From: Octopus sinensis
Taxonomy: Eukaryota
Direction of reading: 5' to 3'
DNA: 64,000 nucleotides
NCBI RefSeq assembly: GCF_006345805.1
Contig: NW_021835986.1
Span: forward strand, 1 to 64,000
The translations under genes were made by a program, and so were the position numbers. Position 1 is the stretch's first letter. Each line of letters starts with the position of its first letter. Below are positions 12,310 through 26,250 of this stretch, piece after piece. The notes under the pieces are model-generated. The model had not been told where the DNA came from, did not search any database, and saw nothing but the letters and a program-made list of their open reading frames with translations.

Positions 12310-12311
12310 CA

Positions 12312-12384
<73 letters not shown>

Positions 12385-12410
12385 TTTTATTATTATTATT
12401 GTTATTGTTA

Positions 12411-12441
<31 letters not shown>

Positions 12442-12471
12442 ATTATTATATTATTATTATTATTATTATTA

Positions 12472-12520
<49 letters not shown>
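12310..12520. repeat. (ATT)n microsatellite
   Basis: Directly visible. Confidence 0.97.
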
Positions 12521-12724
12521 TAAAATTTGTTGATTTAATGCTTTTTACCATGTATGCTCACATTTCATCTCTTGACAGTATTGTATTGTAAGTCTACTTA
12601 CATTTCAAATCTATTTTACATTAACATTCAGTTCTATTGTAAATCCTCAAATTTTGTTTCGTCTTTGTATTGCCCCAATTATACGATGACCCGGTGGCAA
12701 ATAAAAGAAATCTGCCTCTTCCAG

Positions 12725-12880
12725 TTCATCATTATCATAATCATCATCGTCATCGTCATCCTCACCCTCATCATCATCGTTGTCATCGTCATCGTCGTCG
12801 TTACCCCCACCATCACCACCACCATTCTCCTTCTCCTCCTCTATACCCCTCATCTTCATCATCATCACCATCACCACCAT

Positions 12881-12912
<32 letters not shown>

Positions 12913-13233
12913 TCGTCATCGTCATCGTCATACTCATCATCATCATCGTTGTCATCGTCATCGTCGCCGTTACCCACACCATCACCACCATTATTCTCCT
13001 CCTCCTCCCCCTCATCATCAACACCTTCACCACCACCACCACCATCACCACCATCACTACCACCATCATAATCATCATCGTCATCGTCATACGCATCATC
13101 ATCATCGTTGTCATTGTCATCGTCGTCGTTACCCCCACCATCACCACCACCATTCTCCTCCGCCTCCTTCCCCTTATCATCACCTCTATCACCACCACTA
13201 CCACATCATCATCATCATCACCATCATCATCAC

Positions 13234-13287
<54 letters not shown>

Positions 13288-13325
13288 ATCACCACCATCA
13301 TCATCATCAATGTCGTTGTCGTCGT
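12725..13325. repeat. (CAT/CAC/CGT)n low-complexity block with a roughly 165-bp higher-order repeat
   Basis: Anchor GTTACCC(C/A)CACCATCACCACC recurs at ~12800, ~12969 and ~13128. Confidence 0.85.
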
Positions 13326-13775
13326 TCTTTTTATTGTTGTTCGTCGTATTAACAACACTTTCTCGATTGCTTTTCCATAAGATTTTTGTTTATTCACGTA
13401 TTCCCGTTACATTTTCATTGTTAAATATGTCTAAATTTACCTTTCCTTAATCTAGCCAAGACTCCAGTCGGCTAGTTTAGTCCTTTGTTTCTTGCCCCGT
13501 TGAAGTTAAAAAAATAATAATAAAATGCCAAAATTTCTGAAAAAAATCTTTGTTTCGAAAAAGCAATTTTAAGATGATGGTGTCTCTGACTGGTTTGGGC
13601 GTGGAGGAGGAGGACCTGGAATGTAACTTTCAAACAAGGGTGGAATTTATTTCTGAGTCATTCTCTTTCTGTCTATCAATGATTGAAGGTTTTTTCCCTC
13701 TCAGCAAAATACAATGACTAAAATAGTACACCGCTACTACTGTGACGAATGTGAGGAACAGCAGCCGCGATAGCT

Positions 13776-13812
<37 letters not shown>

Positions 13813-14614
13813 CCCGTCACCTGTGAAATTCCCTCACAACAGGTAGTGGTGTCGACAACAAAAACCTCTCTCAAAACACTACCACCAGTAGAAGTAGTTA
13901 AAGGAAAGATAATGCAAAAATCGAGAGTAATTCTTTTACCATTGCCATCGCCACCATTATCCCCCATCTTAGTACTTAACAGTGACAGTTAAAAAATACA
14001 AAAAAAAACAACACAGAAAACAAAAACAAAAAATAACAGACAAAGGAGCAAAAGCAAATAGGAATAAGAGCGAAGCTGTTATATGACAATAAAGAAAGCA
14101 CTAACATCAACATATCACTACTATAACGACCAAAAAGTAGATAAGTAATCCTATTATGACAACTACTACGACAGCGGATAACTATAACACCTCTGTCACC
14201 GCCACAACTTCTTCCAATGTGACTACCCAAAACAGTAGCAGTAGCAGCACTAATACGACGAAGGCCAAATGTTTCGCAGGAGCGACAACGATACCGCATG
14301 GGCTTTCTAAGGCGGCATTCAAAACATTCAAGTTTTAAAGAAATGAACATCAGGCAAAATATCTACTTTACAAGTGCCCCCTCCCCCTAGCTTGCAAAAA
14401 TAAGTACCAGAGGAACACTAGTTTACAGGTATATCATCTTCCTCGTCGTCGTCGTCTTCGTCCTCATCGTCCTCATCCTCGTCTTCCTCCTCCTCCTCCT
14501 CGTCCTCGTTCTCCTCATCCTCGTCCTCTCCCTCATTCTCGTCCTCGTCCCCGTCCTCCTCATCCTCGTCCTCCTCCTCGTCGTCGTCGTCGTCCTCCTC
14601 CTCCTCCTCATCAT

Positions 14615-15000
14615 CATGCAGTGTTTTAAATCCGGGTTTTTTTTACCCTCGTTAACAGGATTGGCCGGATCTACCTCAATGCCATAGAAACCGCCCTCAC
14701 AGCATCTGGCCAACTTGCCCTGTGTTTTGGGGCGTCCTCCCTTCTGAAGCCAAACCCTCGCAATCTTTTTCCTCCACCTGTCTCCTCGGTCCACGTATTC
14801 CTCGATCTACCTCGCTTTCTCGATCGGTGTGTACAGGTGGAAATGCCAGCCAACGTGGGAAGAAGGTGCTTGTGGGAAATATGGGCGATATAGCGATATA
14901 GATTTCATCATTAAGACCCGATATTTTGACGTCGGCGAACTGCAATTTCTTATCGAGGCCCTCACAGTAACGATTTCAGTTGTCTTCTGTCGGAGTGTGA
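14615..15000 (-). mobile_element. RTE-type LINE 3' end with microsatellite tail
   Basis: Minus frame RSRKRGRSRNTW..EDA..RASWPDAVRAV resembles the RTE ORF C-terminus; followed by short UTR ..CCCGGATTTAAAACACTGC(ATG)n running into the 14430-14615 GAG/GAC array. Confidence 0.5.
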
Positions 15001-15339
15001 AATTTATCTGGGAATACGGATAATTAATGTGAAGATATAGTGTGTACTACTGGTGCAGGACATATGATGAATCGTAGTATGTGTGTAGAAGGCATTCATG
15101 TGTGACACACGGGTCCTCAACCGTGACGTGGAATTCTAACTCCAATCGGGAGTTGAATTAGATCCGGCGATAAAGATGAAAAAGATGGAAAATTGTTCCC
15201 ATTAACTGTTAGAGATAAAGAAAAAAGGACAAAATAAATCTGTCCTTATTAAAAAAGAAAAATGAAGAAAAATCAGATGATTTTAAGGATGATTTTTTAT
15301 GGTACATCATCAAAATTAACTCCATCACCGCCACCGTAT

Positions 15340-15762
15340 TCATCACCACAGACACGACCACGACCACGACCACGACCACCACGACAACCACGACCACCAC
15401 GGCCACGACGACGACGACGACCACCACCACGACCACGACGACGACCACGACCACCATAACCACCACCACCACCACCACCATCACCGCCGCCGCCACCACC
15501 ACCACCACAACCACCTCTGCCACTGCCACCGCCTCCCCAACACAGTACCACTTCCACCGCCTTCACTACCACCTCTATCATCATTAACACATCTATCGCT
15601 ACCACAACCACCACTTCGCCGCCGTCACCGCCGTCACCGCCACAGTCGCCTCCGTCGCTCCCTTCCTCCATCGGAGAAAATTTCAACACTGCAAGCACAT
15701 GACAAAAGCACAAGCACAGCTTAATCTGCATCTGCGCCATAACTAGAACAATAAATACTCGC

Positions 15763-15840
<78 letters not shown>
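15340..15840. repeat. (CAC/GAC)n low complexity and (AAT)n microsatellite
   Basis: Directly visible. Confidence 0.9.
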
Positions 15841-16899
15841 CATTAAAAGCTATAGGATTATAGATAACTAAGAAGTAATGAATTACATGTACTAAAAGCT
15901 AAACATTACACGCCATAACTACTTATCTCAAACAAATAACATATCAATACAAATTCTAAATACAACATATCAGACACTCCGTATCGTATCTAGATAGAGT
16001 ATCCTCAATACACGTAAATAAAGATAACTTCGATAATAAACTTCGATTACAGATTTGTAATGTGTACGGTCGAATAGGGTGCAGAGACGCATCTTTACCA
16101 GTGCGCAAAGATTCCAGATATTGGCTTAGCGTATATATTAAGCAGACAACCGTTAACGAAAAATAGTAAAATGACCGATGACAGTTATGGACTAGTGACA
16201 GGCAAAACTATATTGGGGGCGAGCATTGTTAGAGACTTAGAAAAAATGTTTAGGAAAGCCATCGCAACTGACGTGCTTGCAACGAGATGAGCCTTTTACC
16301 AATTCTTCAACACGAAGCATAAAGGTTATTCTGTAAGCGCTAAAACGCGTACTCCAAAGCACACAGTAATGAAAAGTGCTCGATATGTCAAGATGGCTGC
16401 GGTGTCACATGGCAACAAAGACGCAATTCGGTTTTTAGCGGGCCATGATGCACGCATGCTACTCTATTCCAAGTAGAAAAAGGTGACTTTTTAATGGCAT
16501 TTTGCGAATCGGATCGATGGGTGGTATTAAATGCCAACCTCCTCTGGTCTGCTACGACACTCGGTGAAAGAAGCAGATTTGCAGCTGCGGAAGTATGAAA
16601 AGCGGGAGATAGTACAACTCTGAGCAAATCGACAGCTTTGGTTTGTCTAACAAACACTGCTTTATATTCTGAAATTCCTCATTGAACTTTACAGCAACGG
16701 GAGAATCACCAGTTCTGTGAGTGAGTCAAAGAGCGGTAGCGGTTTTAGAACAATGTAATCCCACCCCTCCGCAAAAGCGCATGGATCTATATTGATAATT
16801 TACGGACCATAACTTTCCCAAACGCAGATATCAAGAATTTGGCCTAGGTGTGAGCGAAGCGGGTGGGCGTTTGTCGTCAGTAGACTGGTAATGCGTAGA

Positions 16900-17950
16900 C
16901 AAACCCCGCACAGAACACATTCTCCCCGATAGCCTCCATTTTCAGTTCATCATAGTGAGGGTGAGTAAAGAACCTAGCATAGCTGGATCCCCGATGAACT
17001 GAAAGCTTGAATCAACAGAAAGCTATCAAAAGCGATACCACCTCCCAATGCTTGGCATTTGTGCTCACAGCAGCCAGTTTCGGTCCATCTATAAGGATAA
17101 GATCGCCACAGTGAGGAAAGACATCCATTCAATAATCAATGTAAATGACCATCTATGGGTATCATTCAGTATCATGCACACGGTCTGTCAAGGTTGTTGC
17201 TTCTTGTATCTGATGTAAGTACTAGCTCTTGAGTCACTGCTGTGAAAACTAGAGACACTGGGAGACATTACACATAAACTAACATATGATCTGTACCGGC
17301 ATACTTCACTGTCATAGTATCGGACACCAAACTGATCTAGATGACCGGCGTTGCCTTATGGGACTCCAGTGCATTGATAGTAACCATAATGAACCACGTC
17401 TGGAGAAGCAGATCTTTACCACCCAACAGCGTCGTGAAGCGCTGACAGACTGGTTAAATAGTTTGGAGTCTGGTTGGTTTTGCCTACTCCATCATTTAGA
17501 GAACTGGGACGAGGCAATGACAACAACGGTGTGCTTAACCCAAGGCAGGTCGAGAGAAAAATATATCACGCGTATACTATCTACGTAATCTGACCGTCGT
17601 GCCTTGCTGTATTGAATATTGTTCTGGGCTAAAGGATCTGCTATCTTGCTTTTTGCAAAAAACACGTCTCACTTATGAGGCGGTCCATTTGCTGTTAACA
17701 TTCGCTATGTGGAGATCTGGGTATGTTAAGACTGATAATGAGCAGGCATGTATTGAGTCTGTGACATTTCAGGCAATTCTTGAGAATAGACAGGTTTGAT
17801 AGCTGATTGTTTTTCTTCTGCTCGTCTCTTTGACACAGCTACAGTCCTCAATCAAGCAAACACCAAAACGAAGTTCGAAATAGCGTAAATCGTTCCTGGT
17901 CATCACTCCGTCGGGCAATGCAGAAAATAATTGTTCAAAGGTAACGTTCT
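16900..17950 (-). mobile_element. Very decayed LINE reverse transcriptase (CR1/L2-like?)
   Basis: Only weak, correctly ordered motif remnants on minus: ..PDG (~17900), ISL (~17735), TGVP*G (~17365), VKYA (~17305). Confidence 0.35.
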
Positions 17951-18959
17951 ATTGAAAAATAGTTACGAAGAAAATCAACTAAGTTCTCGTGCTTTATCTA
18001 GGCATCGATGAATATTTACTAGCTGGTCTGAACCGAAAGACTTTTAGGTCAAACCTCATGGATAATTTCCAGAAATCTCTGGCTTGTTGGTGCTACCAGG
18101 ACGCATTGTGGTATAAAATAAACTCTTTAGACATGTAAAGGCTGTCAGCTGGGGCTGCCTGAAACGTAAGCCTGGTAGCGAAAACGTTCTGCACGCAGTC
18201 ATCCAGTGCCCCGGCATAGTTAACTTGTGTGTTATGTCGAACACCTGCTGTCATATGTAAGACGGATTCAGCTACCAACTGAGTAGGGCAGATAGATTTT
18301 ATCTGTCTCGCGGAGGTGAAATTTAAATGGTTGAAGATTGACATTTCCACTTTGGTCAAGCTCTCGTCAAGTTTTACAAAATAGACTCGAAAAAGGAGAC
18401 GAGAGCAAAGGGTGAAGTGCTTACCCCTAGCAAATCTGTTGAAAGATAAATGAAAATGGCGATTATAATCCGAGTGAATGGTCTGCTCTGGGGAGGTAAT
18501 TACAGACTGGAGAACTACAACTGGGAGAAGACCCTTACGTTAGAAGTCAAGGTGACTTTTTTTTTGTTTGGTTTTGTAACAGAAAACCCTCAGAAGTTTG
18601 CCTTCTTTATATGCTTTTTATGTAATCCCATACTAAACCCTGTACAACCTTCGATCTTTTTGTCAACACATGTGGTTAATTAAGAATGCATTATTATTAT
18701 TGTTGCTTTTATTAATATCCACCACCACCACCACATCTTCCTTATTACTATTGTTGTTGTTGTTATTATTATTATTATTATTATTATTGTTATTATATTT
18801 TTATTTTCATTTATTTATTTTACGCCAAAGATCTTCAATAAAAATTGCATTATTCATTATATAAGGGGAGAAAAAATTGAATTATCTGAGCAACCGCATT
18901 TCATTATAGATAATGTATCGAAAAACTAATCACAGCGCAACGAAGATTCAGCTTAGCAA

Positions 18960-18963
18960 TGAG

Positions 18964-19019
<56 letters not shown>

Positions 19020-19099
19020 GGTAGTGGTGGTAGTGGTGGTAGTAGTAGTAGTTGCAATAGTAGTGTTGGTGGTGGTGGTGGCAGTAATAATAACATTAA

Positions 19100-19131
<32 letters not shown>

Positions 19132-19215
19132 ATTGTACCGTGATGGTAGGTGGTAGTGATGGTAGAAGTAGAGGTAATAGTTGTCACAGTGCTAGTAGTA
19201 ACAGAAGTAGTAGTG
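18960..19215. repeat. (GTA/GTG)n microsatellite
   Basis: Directly visible. Confidence 0.95.
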
Positions 19216-19594
19216 TCTTAATCTACTATTGCTGATGCAGTTTAGGTTAAACACAGACTTATTTTTCTTTCATTCATTCGCTCATTCATTCATTCATTTT
19301 TTTTTTACTTTCATTTTCATTCACGTTTTTTTTTCTTCACTAAGTCTTTGTTCTTTCTGCCGTTCTCGTTTGTCTCTTCGATTGTCGCTTTGTTTACTTT
19401 GAAACTAAGTGAATCTTTTATCTAGAAATGCTTTTATTTAACATTTCCTTTCTTTAAGCAATATATAAGAAGACTTAATGTAGTCATATATAACCTGGAC
19501 CCATTTGATCAATATAACTTAGTCTATCCGACATTTCTTTTTGCTATCTATTAAACTTCACTAACACAGCAATCATTTCATTCAAATAATTCAG

Positions 19595-19663
<69 letters not shown>

Positions 19664-19699
19664 GTTGTTGTTGTTGTTGTTATTGATATTTTATAAAAC

Positions 19700-19850
19700 G
19701 ATGAACTGGCAGAATCTTTAGAGCCACAGGATAAAAAGTGCTTTGCAGTGCATCTTCTGGCTGTTTACGTTCTGAGTTCAAAATTCTGTAGGAGCCGACT
19801 TTGCTTTCATCCATTCGTGGTCGATAAAATATGTATCAGTTGAACCATGG
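19700..19850 (+). mobile_element. SINE family B, diverged
   Basis: CTGGCAGAATC..GTTCTGAGTTCAAA..GACTTTGCTTTCATCCATTCGTGGTCGATAAAAT. Confidence 0.7.
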
Positions 19851-20048
19851 ATTCATTTTAATCGATATATCTCTTCCGTGAAAATATCTGGCCTTGCACC
19901 TATAGTCAAAAGAACTATTATTATCGTATCGAACCTTCTCTTTTGTTTGAGGCCCGGAGTGGGGGCAATACAGAAATAATAATAATAATAATAAATAAGG
20001 GGATCATCATTTCTTCTTCTTCTTCTTCTTCTTCTTCTTCTTCTTCTT

Positions 20049-20860
20049 GAGATACTCTGTAGGCGCTTGAAGGCTGCACTTGGAGACATGATCAATGGTT
20101 TCATTTTGTTGTTGACTTACACATGTTGGGCTTATTATTATCATCATCATCATTCTATGTCCTTCACGATATTCTGGTCTGTAAGTATAGCTACGTCGAT
20201 GAAGGTCCATTCTTTGGATTCCTTCCGTATGAGAATGATATCTGGCCGGTTATGTAGCAGCTTCTTATTTGAATAGATTAACATATCCCACATTAGTTTT
20301 TCTTTATCAATCTCTGCAACTGGCAAAAACGTTGGTGCTCATACCATCCTGTTCCATCTTCCTGTACAACTCGCAGTGTATTCGCACTGTGACTTTGTCA
20401 GTTTTGTTCTTTTTTTAGGCAGTTTTGAACATCCACTAATTATATATCTTACTATCTCAGAAGATTTACCACATTATCTATTCTGTAACTTGATTGATTT
20501 GGCTCATAAAGCTTGTTCTTGAGTAGCAAGAATCAATCCTTCTGACTCCTTCTTTTTAAAAGAATTAACGTCTTAATCATCTCTAAAATACTTCGGCTTC
20601 ATCCGATGTTCGTTGCAAAATCTCTGGATGGGACACTTTCCTGATGATGTTCTTTTTTTCAATAGTCCCCATTTTGTACTCCTGGAAGGTCTCATCATTG
20701 TCAGTGATCACGTTCTCATTCATTCAGCAACATTTTTTTCGTCGCAATTTCGCGAGGATTCAGTTTCCTTCATAACACTAACATCTGTTCTAACCAATCC
20801 TCTTCCATCATCGTCCCTACGTAAGTAAAACCTAGCTATGTTACTTCTAGTTTAAAGGCG
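20049..20860 (-). mobile_element. R4/Dong- or CRE-like non-LTR retroelement C-terminal remnant (CCHC + restriction-like endonuclease)
   Basis: Minus frames: RFYLRRDDGRGL, EGLILATQEQAL, IISGC, KLMWD..HNRPDIILIRKESKEWTFIDVA; a second CCHC piece NETIDHVSKC..APTEYL at 20049-20130. Confidence 0.8.
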
Positions 20861-20888
20861 CCCAAGCATAACCATTATCCTGATTAAG

Positions 20889-20995
20889 TCTTCTTCTTCT
20901 TCTTCTTCTTCTTCTTCTTCTTCTTCTTCTTCTTCTTCTTCTTCTTCTTCTTCTGTTTCTTCTTCTTCTTCTTCTTCTTCTTCTTCTTCTTGTTT
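20889..20995. repeat. (TTC)n microsatellite
   Basis: Directly visible; a second (TTC)n at 20011-20048. Confidence 0.97.
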
Positions 20996-21020
20996 CTCCT
21001 CATCATCTTTATCACCATCA

Positions 21021-21432
21021 CCTATTTCTTTATGACCCACAAGGGGCTAAACATAGATTGGGACAAACAAGGACAGACATGGGGATTAAGTCGATTACAA
21101 CGACATCAGTGATTAACTGGTACTTATTTAATCGACCCCAAAAGGATGAAAGACAAAGTCGACCTCGGCGGAATTTGAACTCAGAACGTAACGCAGACGA
21201 AATACCTATTTCTTTACTACCCACAAGAGGCTAGACACAGAGGGGACAAACAAGGACAGACAAACGGATTAGGCCGATTATATCGACCCCAATGCGTAAC
21301 TGGTACTTTATTTATCGACCCCGAAAGGATGAAAGGCAAAGTAGACCTCGGCGGAATTTGAACTCAGAACATATCGGCAGACGAAATACCGCTAAGCATT
21401 TCGCCCGGCGTGCTAACGTTTCTGCCAGCTCA
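21021..21432 (-). mobile_element. SINE family B, dimeric copy
   Basis: Full unit 21200-21432 joined to a second headless unit 21021-21200 at the GTATTTCGTCTG junction. Confidence 0.9.
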
Positions 21433-23454
21433 TCATCATCATCATCATCACTATTAATTTGGGTACAAGGCAAGGCCAGCTAGTTTGAGAGTCGGGTGGC
21501 TGGTTAAATAAAGCTGGCCTCGAAGAGATTCGACTGTCCTTGCCTATCATGTTTCCCGGATCGATTAAATAAAGTATCATTATTATTATTATAGAACTAG
21601 GGATCAATTGTATTGTATCAACTGACCACCACCTCTTAAAATTGTTTTGTACGTTACATCTGTGTTACTTTGTCGTGAAAAAATTCTGTTTTATTTCTGT
21701 TGTTATTTTTTTTTAATGTTTCATCATTTTTATGTAGAAACCTCTCAATGTTAATATCACTGATGGTGATTTCCTTTAAGTGTTGTATGAATTGTGTTTC
21801 ACTTTCAGTTAAAATAAATTTGGCACTCAGAAAACACTATAGGTTACCTCCTTCTTCTTCTCTTCGTTCATTAATTTTTATATTATTCAATCTTAAATAA
21901 TTTCCATTAACATGCAGTTATTATCTTCCATTTACCTTTTTATGTTTTATAATATATTTTTTTAATGTTTTAGTGATGACTGTTGGTTGTGTAGATTAAT
22001 TTGTTGTGTGAGGTGTATTACATTATTGAGTGGCAACTTTATACAACAGAGGTTGTGTGAGTTGTTATGTGGTGTGTGGGATGTGCTATGATACCAGGTG
22101 TCGATTTATTTAAGAGAATGACGTGTGTTGATTTATTGGGTGACAATTTAGAAGACTAAGTATCGAGTGTGTTTTGTCACATTATTGGCTGGTGATTTTG
22201 CCCAATTAGGTTATTCTAGTTAAGGTCGTTCGTTTCGTCACAAAATTTACGGCGGCCAGAATGGATCACTGTTTTGCTCAAGTTCAATTCAGCTTTATTT
22301 ACAATTAAACCTTGAAAGCAACTGACATTTAATTAAAAAATTAAAACCTATACCGTCTAAATACTTTCACAGCAGTCTACGGTGGTCATAAACAACACAT
22401 CCTATTTTGGTTGGCTGTGCTAAAATTAATTACAACGGGTACTTCTGCCGCTAATAACCAAAATATTAAATAACATCTATGTATCTATGAATGCAATTAT
22501 TTTTATATGTTGTATATAAGGAATCTCATGTACACACACACACACGAATACACACACACACAGGTATATATTTGAGATTGAAGGGGCTCTATTTAATGGT
22601 CGAAACTATCAAAGTGGAGCATACCACACTTGACGGTTCGACAGTATAACACAAAGGAACAGATAAGCAATCCCTTCCATTAGTGGGTGTACATGAATAC
22701 AAAGAGGTTCACTCTTGCTTCGTAATTCGTTAATCCAAGCATATCCAAAATTGAGTGGAACTTTAAAGCCTGGCATAGTATCAGGATAGAAAACAGATGA
22801 AAGGATTATATCGTCTCACTACTGTGTCTCATTGGGGTATGTAAGACGCGCAACAGCCATAAGATTATGAAATTCATCATTATATAATAAACTCCGAAAT
22901 ATCAGGCAACCATATGGAGGTCAATATTTCATATGTCACTGAACTGAATGAGACATTGCCGTGAGATTATAGAGTTCATACGTCTATCTTTCTAAATATG
23001 TATAATGGTAAAATGTTGCACAGAAAGACGACGAAGGAAAATACGGAACACAACAAAGAAACATCACAAAAGATGTCAACCAATATTCCCACACAATTTC
23101 GACGCTTTATCGATAGTATTGTTCATTTTGATGGTGCCAACAGGAAACGCTGTTAGGATATAAGTGAGTGGACATGAAGGACGGAATGAAAAATGTAGGA
23201 ACAAGAAAAAAGAAAAAAAAAAAGGGAAAGAAGAAAAAAATGACTAGGTTTAGACCAAATGGCAAACTATATGAAAGAACGGAAAATAAAAGACGGCAAC
23301 AAAAAAAAAAAACAAAAAAACAAACAAATAATAAAGGATACAAGTATTAATTTATAAATACAAAGAAAGCCTTTCAGCTATACGACAGAATCAAAACAAA
23401 ACATAACCGAAACGAAAACATAAACAGGGAAAAACAACACAAATATTTGTTATG

Positions 23455-23484
23455 TCTATCTATCTATCTATCTATCTATCTATC

Positions 23485-23549
<65 letters not shown>

Positions 23550-23550
23550 C

Positions 23551-23584
<34 letters not shown>

Positions 23585-23585
23585 G

Positions 23586-23617
<32 letters not shown>

Positions 23618-23638
23618 CAGATCTATCTATCTATCTAT

Positions 23639-23676
<38 letters not shown>

Positions 23677-23760
23677 ATCTATCCATCTATCCATCTATCT
23701 ATCCATCTATGTATCTATGTATCTATCTATTTATGTATCTATGTATCTCTGTATGTATCT
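23455..23760. repeat. (TATC)n microsatellite with CT and TATG segments
   Basis: Directly visible. Confidence 0.97.
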
Positions 23761-24152
23761 AGGTGAATGTAGCAAGGATGGTACGTATGAATGACGAAGC
23801 CACCTTAGGCATAATCCTACGAACCCGGAAAATTTAAAACAGAGGGTTACCTACTTGCAAACAAATGTGTTAACATGTAACATTATTGACCGAGGTTACT
23901 GTGGTCTCTTCCGTAGGATTTTCTTTCCACGGATAAACCTTATCTGCTTCCCCCTTTACAATTTACACCATCACATTTCTGTGATACACGATCCCTATTG
24001 ATCGTTTTTTTTTGTTTTTTTTCTTTCCCTTTTAGGATCCCTTTTGATCGAAAACCTATCCCACCTTTTTTTTTCTCTCCCCCAAAAAGAAAAGCTCTAC
24101 TTTCTAATCTGTCCCGTCTGTGTGCAGCCCTGCGTGGCTAATAAAGAAACAT
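23761..24152 (+). mobile_element. Strongly 5'-truncated Tx1-like LINE (last codons + 3' UTR)
   Basis: Colinear with 57987-58424 (GGTGAATGTAGCAAGGATGG..CAGCCCTG.GTGGCTAATAAAGAAACATAT); flanked by TATC/TCTG arrays. Confidence 0.85.
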
Positions 24153-24649
24153 ATTCTCTATCTGTCTGTTTGTCTGTCTGTCTGTTTGTTTGTCTGTCTG
24201 CCTGTCTGTCTATCCATGCATGGAAGGCCTTACGCCTATAAGACAAAACATGGGCGAAAGTAACTCAACTGGAAATTCAATTGTACATTTCACAGATTTG
24301 GAGATACATAGATGTTATTTAATATTTTGGTCATTAGCGGCAGAAGAAGCCTTTGTAATGAATGTTAGCACAGCCAACCAAAATAGAATGTGTTGTTTAT
24401 GACCCCCGTAGACTGCTGTGAAAGTTTGGAAAAGTCATTTCGTGTAGACTATAAGCACTAAGAAACATCGAAATTCTATCGGTTGACGAAATTTCATCAG
24501 CACCAGTGGATAACTCTATGGTACACAAACCACCAGCTTTTCTGTTTGACCAGTATTACTCTTATATGTTTGACCGATTTTCAATCTGGAATTCGGCGCT
24601 TGGCTTCCAATAGCAGATGATCAGCAATACGGTAAAATCATGTAATAAT

Positions 24650-25085
24650 CTCTTGTGATGTATGGGCTCCTGGTTGGCCCTTTCCCACAGGTCGGTGTTT
24701 GGCACTCTGTCGAACCAATTCAGGTGGAGGATCTGCCGGAGATATTTCTTGATGAAGGTTTGGATCTTCTTGTAGTTGCTGCAGGTGGCTCTCCATGTTT
24801 CAGAGCCATACAAAAGCACAGATTTTACGTTTGAACTAAATAAGCGGAGTTTAGTTCGAGTTGAGATGGCAGTGGACTTCCATACTGGCTGAAGAATAGT
24901 GAAGGCTTGCTTCTTGCTGTGATGTCCTCGTCTGATCCACCTGAAACGTAATTTGACAATAACGTGGGGGATAGTTTTGCTCCTGTATCTGAATGAATAA
25001 GTCTGTTGTGAATATTAAACTTTGAATGAACTTTTGATAACCCATGTATCAGATGAAAGCTTGGAAACGCATCTGCTGATATAAA
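24650..25085 (-). mobile_element. RTE-clade LINE RT remnant
   Basis: LLYGSETW..KKIQTFIKKYLRQILHLNWFDRVPNTDLWERANQEPI. Confidence 0.85.
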
Positions 25086-25089
25086 TGTG

Positions 25090-26250
25090 GTTAATAATTT
25101 CAGACGAGTGATTAAAACCTTTATTGCTCATTCGCTTGGCTTACGATGTGGATAATGCTTAGTTGCCATCAGGTTTAGTGTAATGTCTATTTTAGTGTTA
25201 TATTACTTTTAGTCCGTTGCTTCTCGTAATTTTTAGATTAAATTTTCTGATTATACTAACAAGACGTTTTCCTAACTTTGTCCATATCGTTCTTATTATG
25301 AGATATAATACGTCCATCATCTCTATCAGGCTTCTTACTGAGGGCTTTGTTATTCTATTTCCGTTTTGTTAAATCTGATAGTTCCGCGCCCACAAATACC
25401 TATAAAAAGCTTATTTCTGTGTTTCGTAACACCGAAAGCTTTATCACTAATTATGACATCCATATATTCATTATTGTATAGACACTAGTTTCCGTGGTGG
25501 TGGTGTACATTTTACAGAATTAGAGATATTACAGGGTATCATCCGTCAATTTCAGGGCAAAATAGATGAGTAGTACTCCACACTATGGAACTAGTTAAAT
25601 CTACAGCTAGTCTATTTATTGATACTAGTAAACGATTTCATACTAGTGCTGCTATAATTATATTGACTTAAGTTTGGTATTGAACTAACTTCTTTATTTA
25701 TGGAATTTAATATGTTTTTATTGACTAGACCCAGTTTGCTTTACACTGGATTAATTAGATACGCATGGAATTCGCTATAAAATTACACTATAATCCTCTA
25801 TAGATAAATATATATAGCAGTAAGAAATGCACAGTTGATTTTATTTCTTAAATACTATATTGACGTTATTGAGTTAAATATTGCAAAGAGAAATTTCTCT
25901 GCAATATGTTTGAAGATTAATGGTTTATGAATTTTATTTTGTTGATTTTGTATTCAGAAGTCTTCTTCGTAAACGTTTAGTTAGGAAGAAGTATTTTTTG
26001 CTGTATGTACGGAGGCATTCAGGAGAATCTATTTAGGTAAGCTATTCGGCTTGTCATTTATTAGGCTCTATATGCTTAGACTAGATTTTTAAGTCTCATT
26101 GTATTTATTTCTTATCTTTTAGATGTTTGCTTCGTGAGGATTTCCGTTTGCTTTGTAGCCGTAATTTCAACCTATAATTTTTATTTACACAGCTTCTATT
26201 TTCTCATTCACCTAGGGTAAAATTTTGTGGGGAATGTGATATTTTTTTCA
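25090..26250 (-). mobile_element. Decayed Penelope-like RT of the YRDDG type (Naiad/Chlamys-like)
   Basis: Minus frames: LINPV*SKLGLVNKNIL (~25710-25760), (Y)RDDG (~25315-25330), RKFNLKITRSNGLKV, DITLNL, HYPHRKP. Confidence 0.6.

Noticed and set aside
13730-14350. Gln/Thr-rich segment resembling a LINE ORF1 or host exon
   Set aside because: Multiple stops; only compositional similarity.
23761-23790. Apparent shared 5' boundary defining a separate 400-bp SINE
   Set aside because: At 57987 the same sequence is continuous with Tx1 ORF2, so 23761 is just a truncation point.
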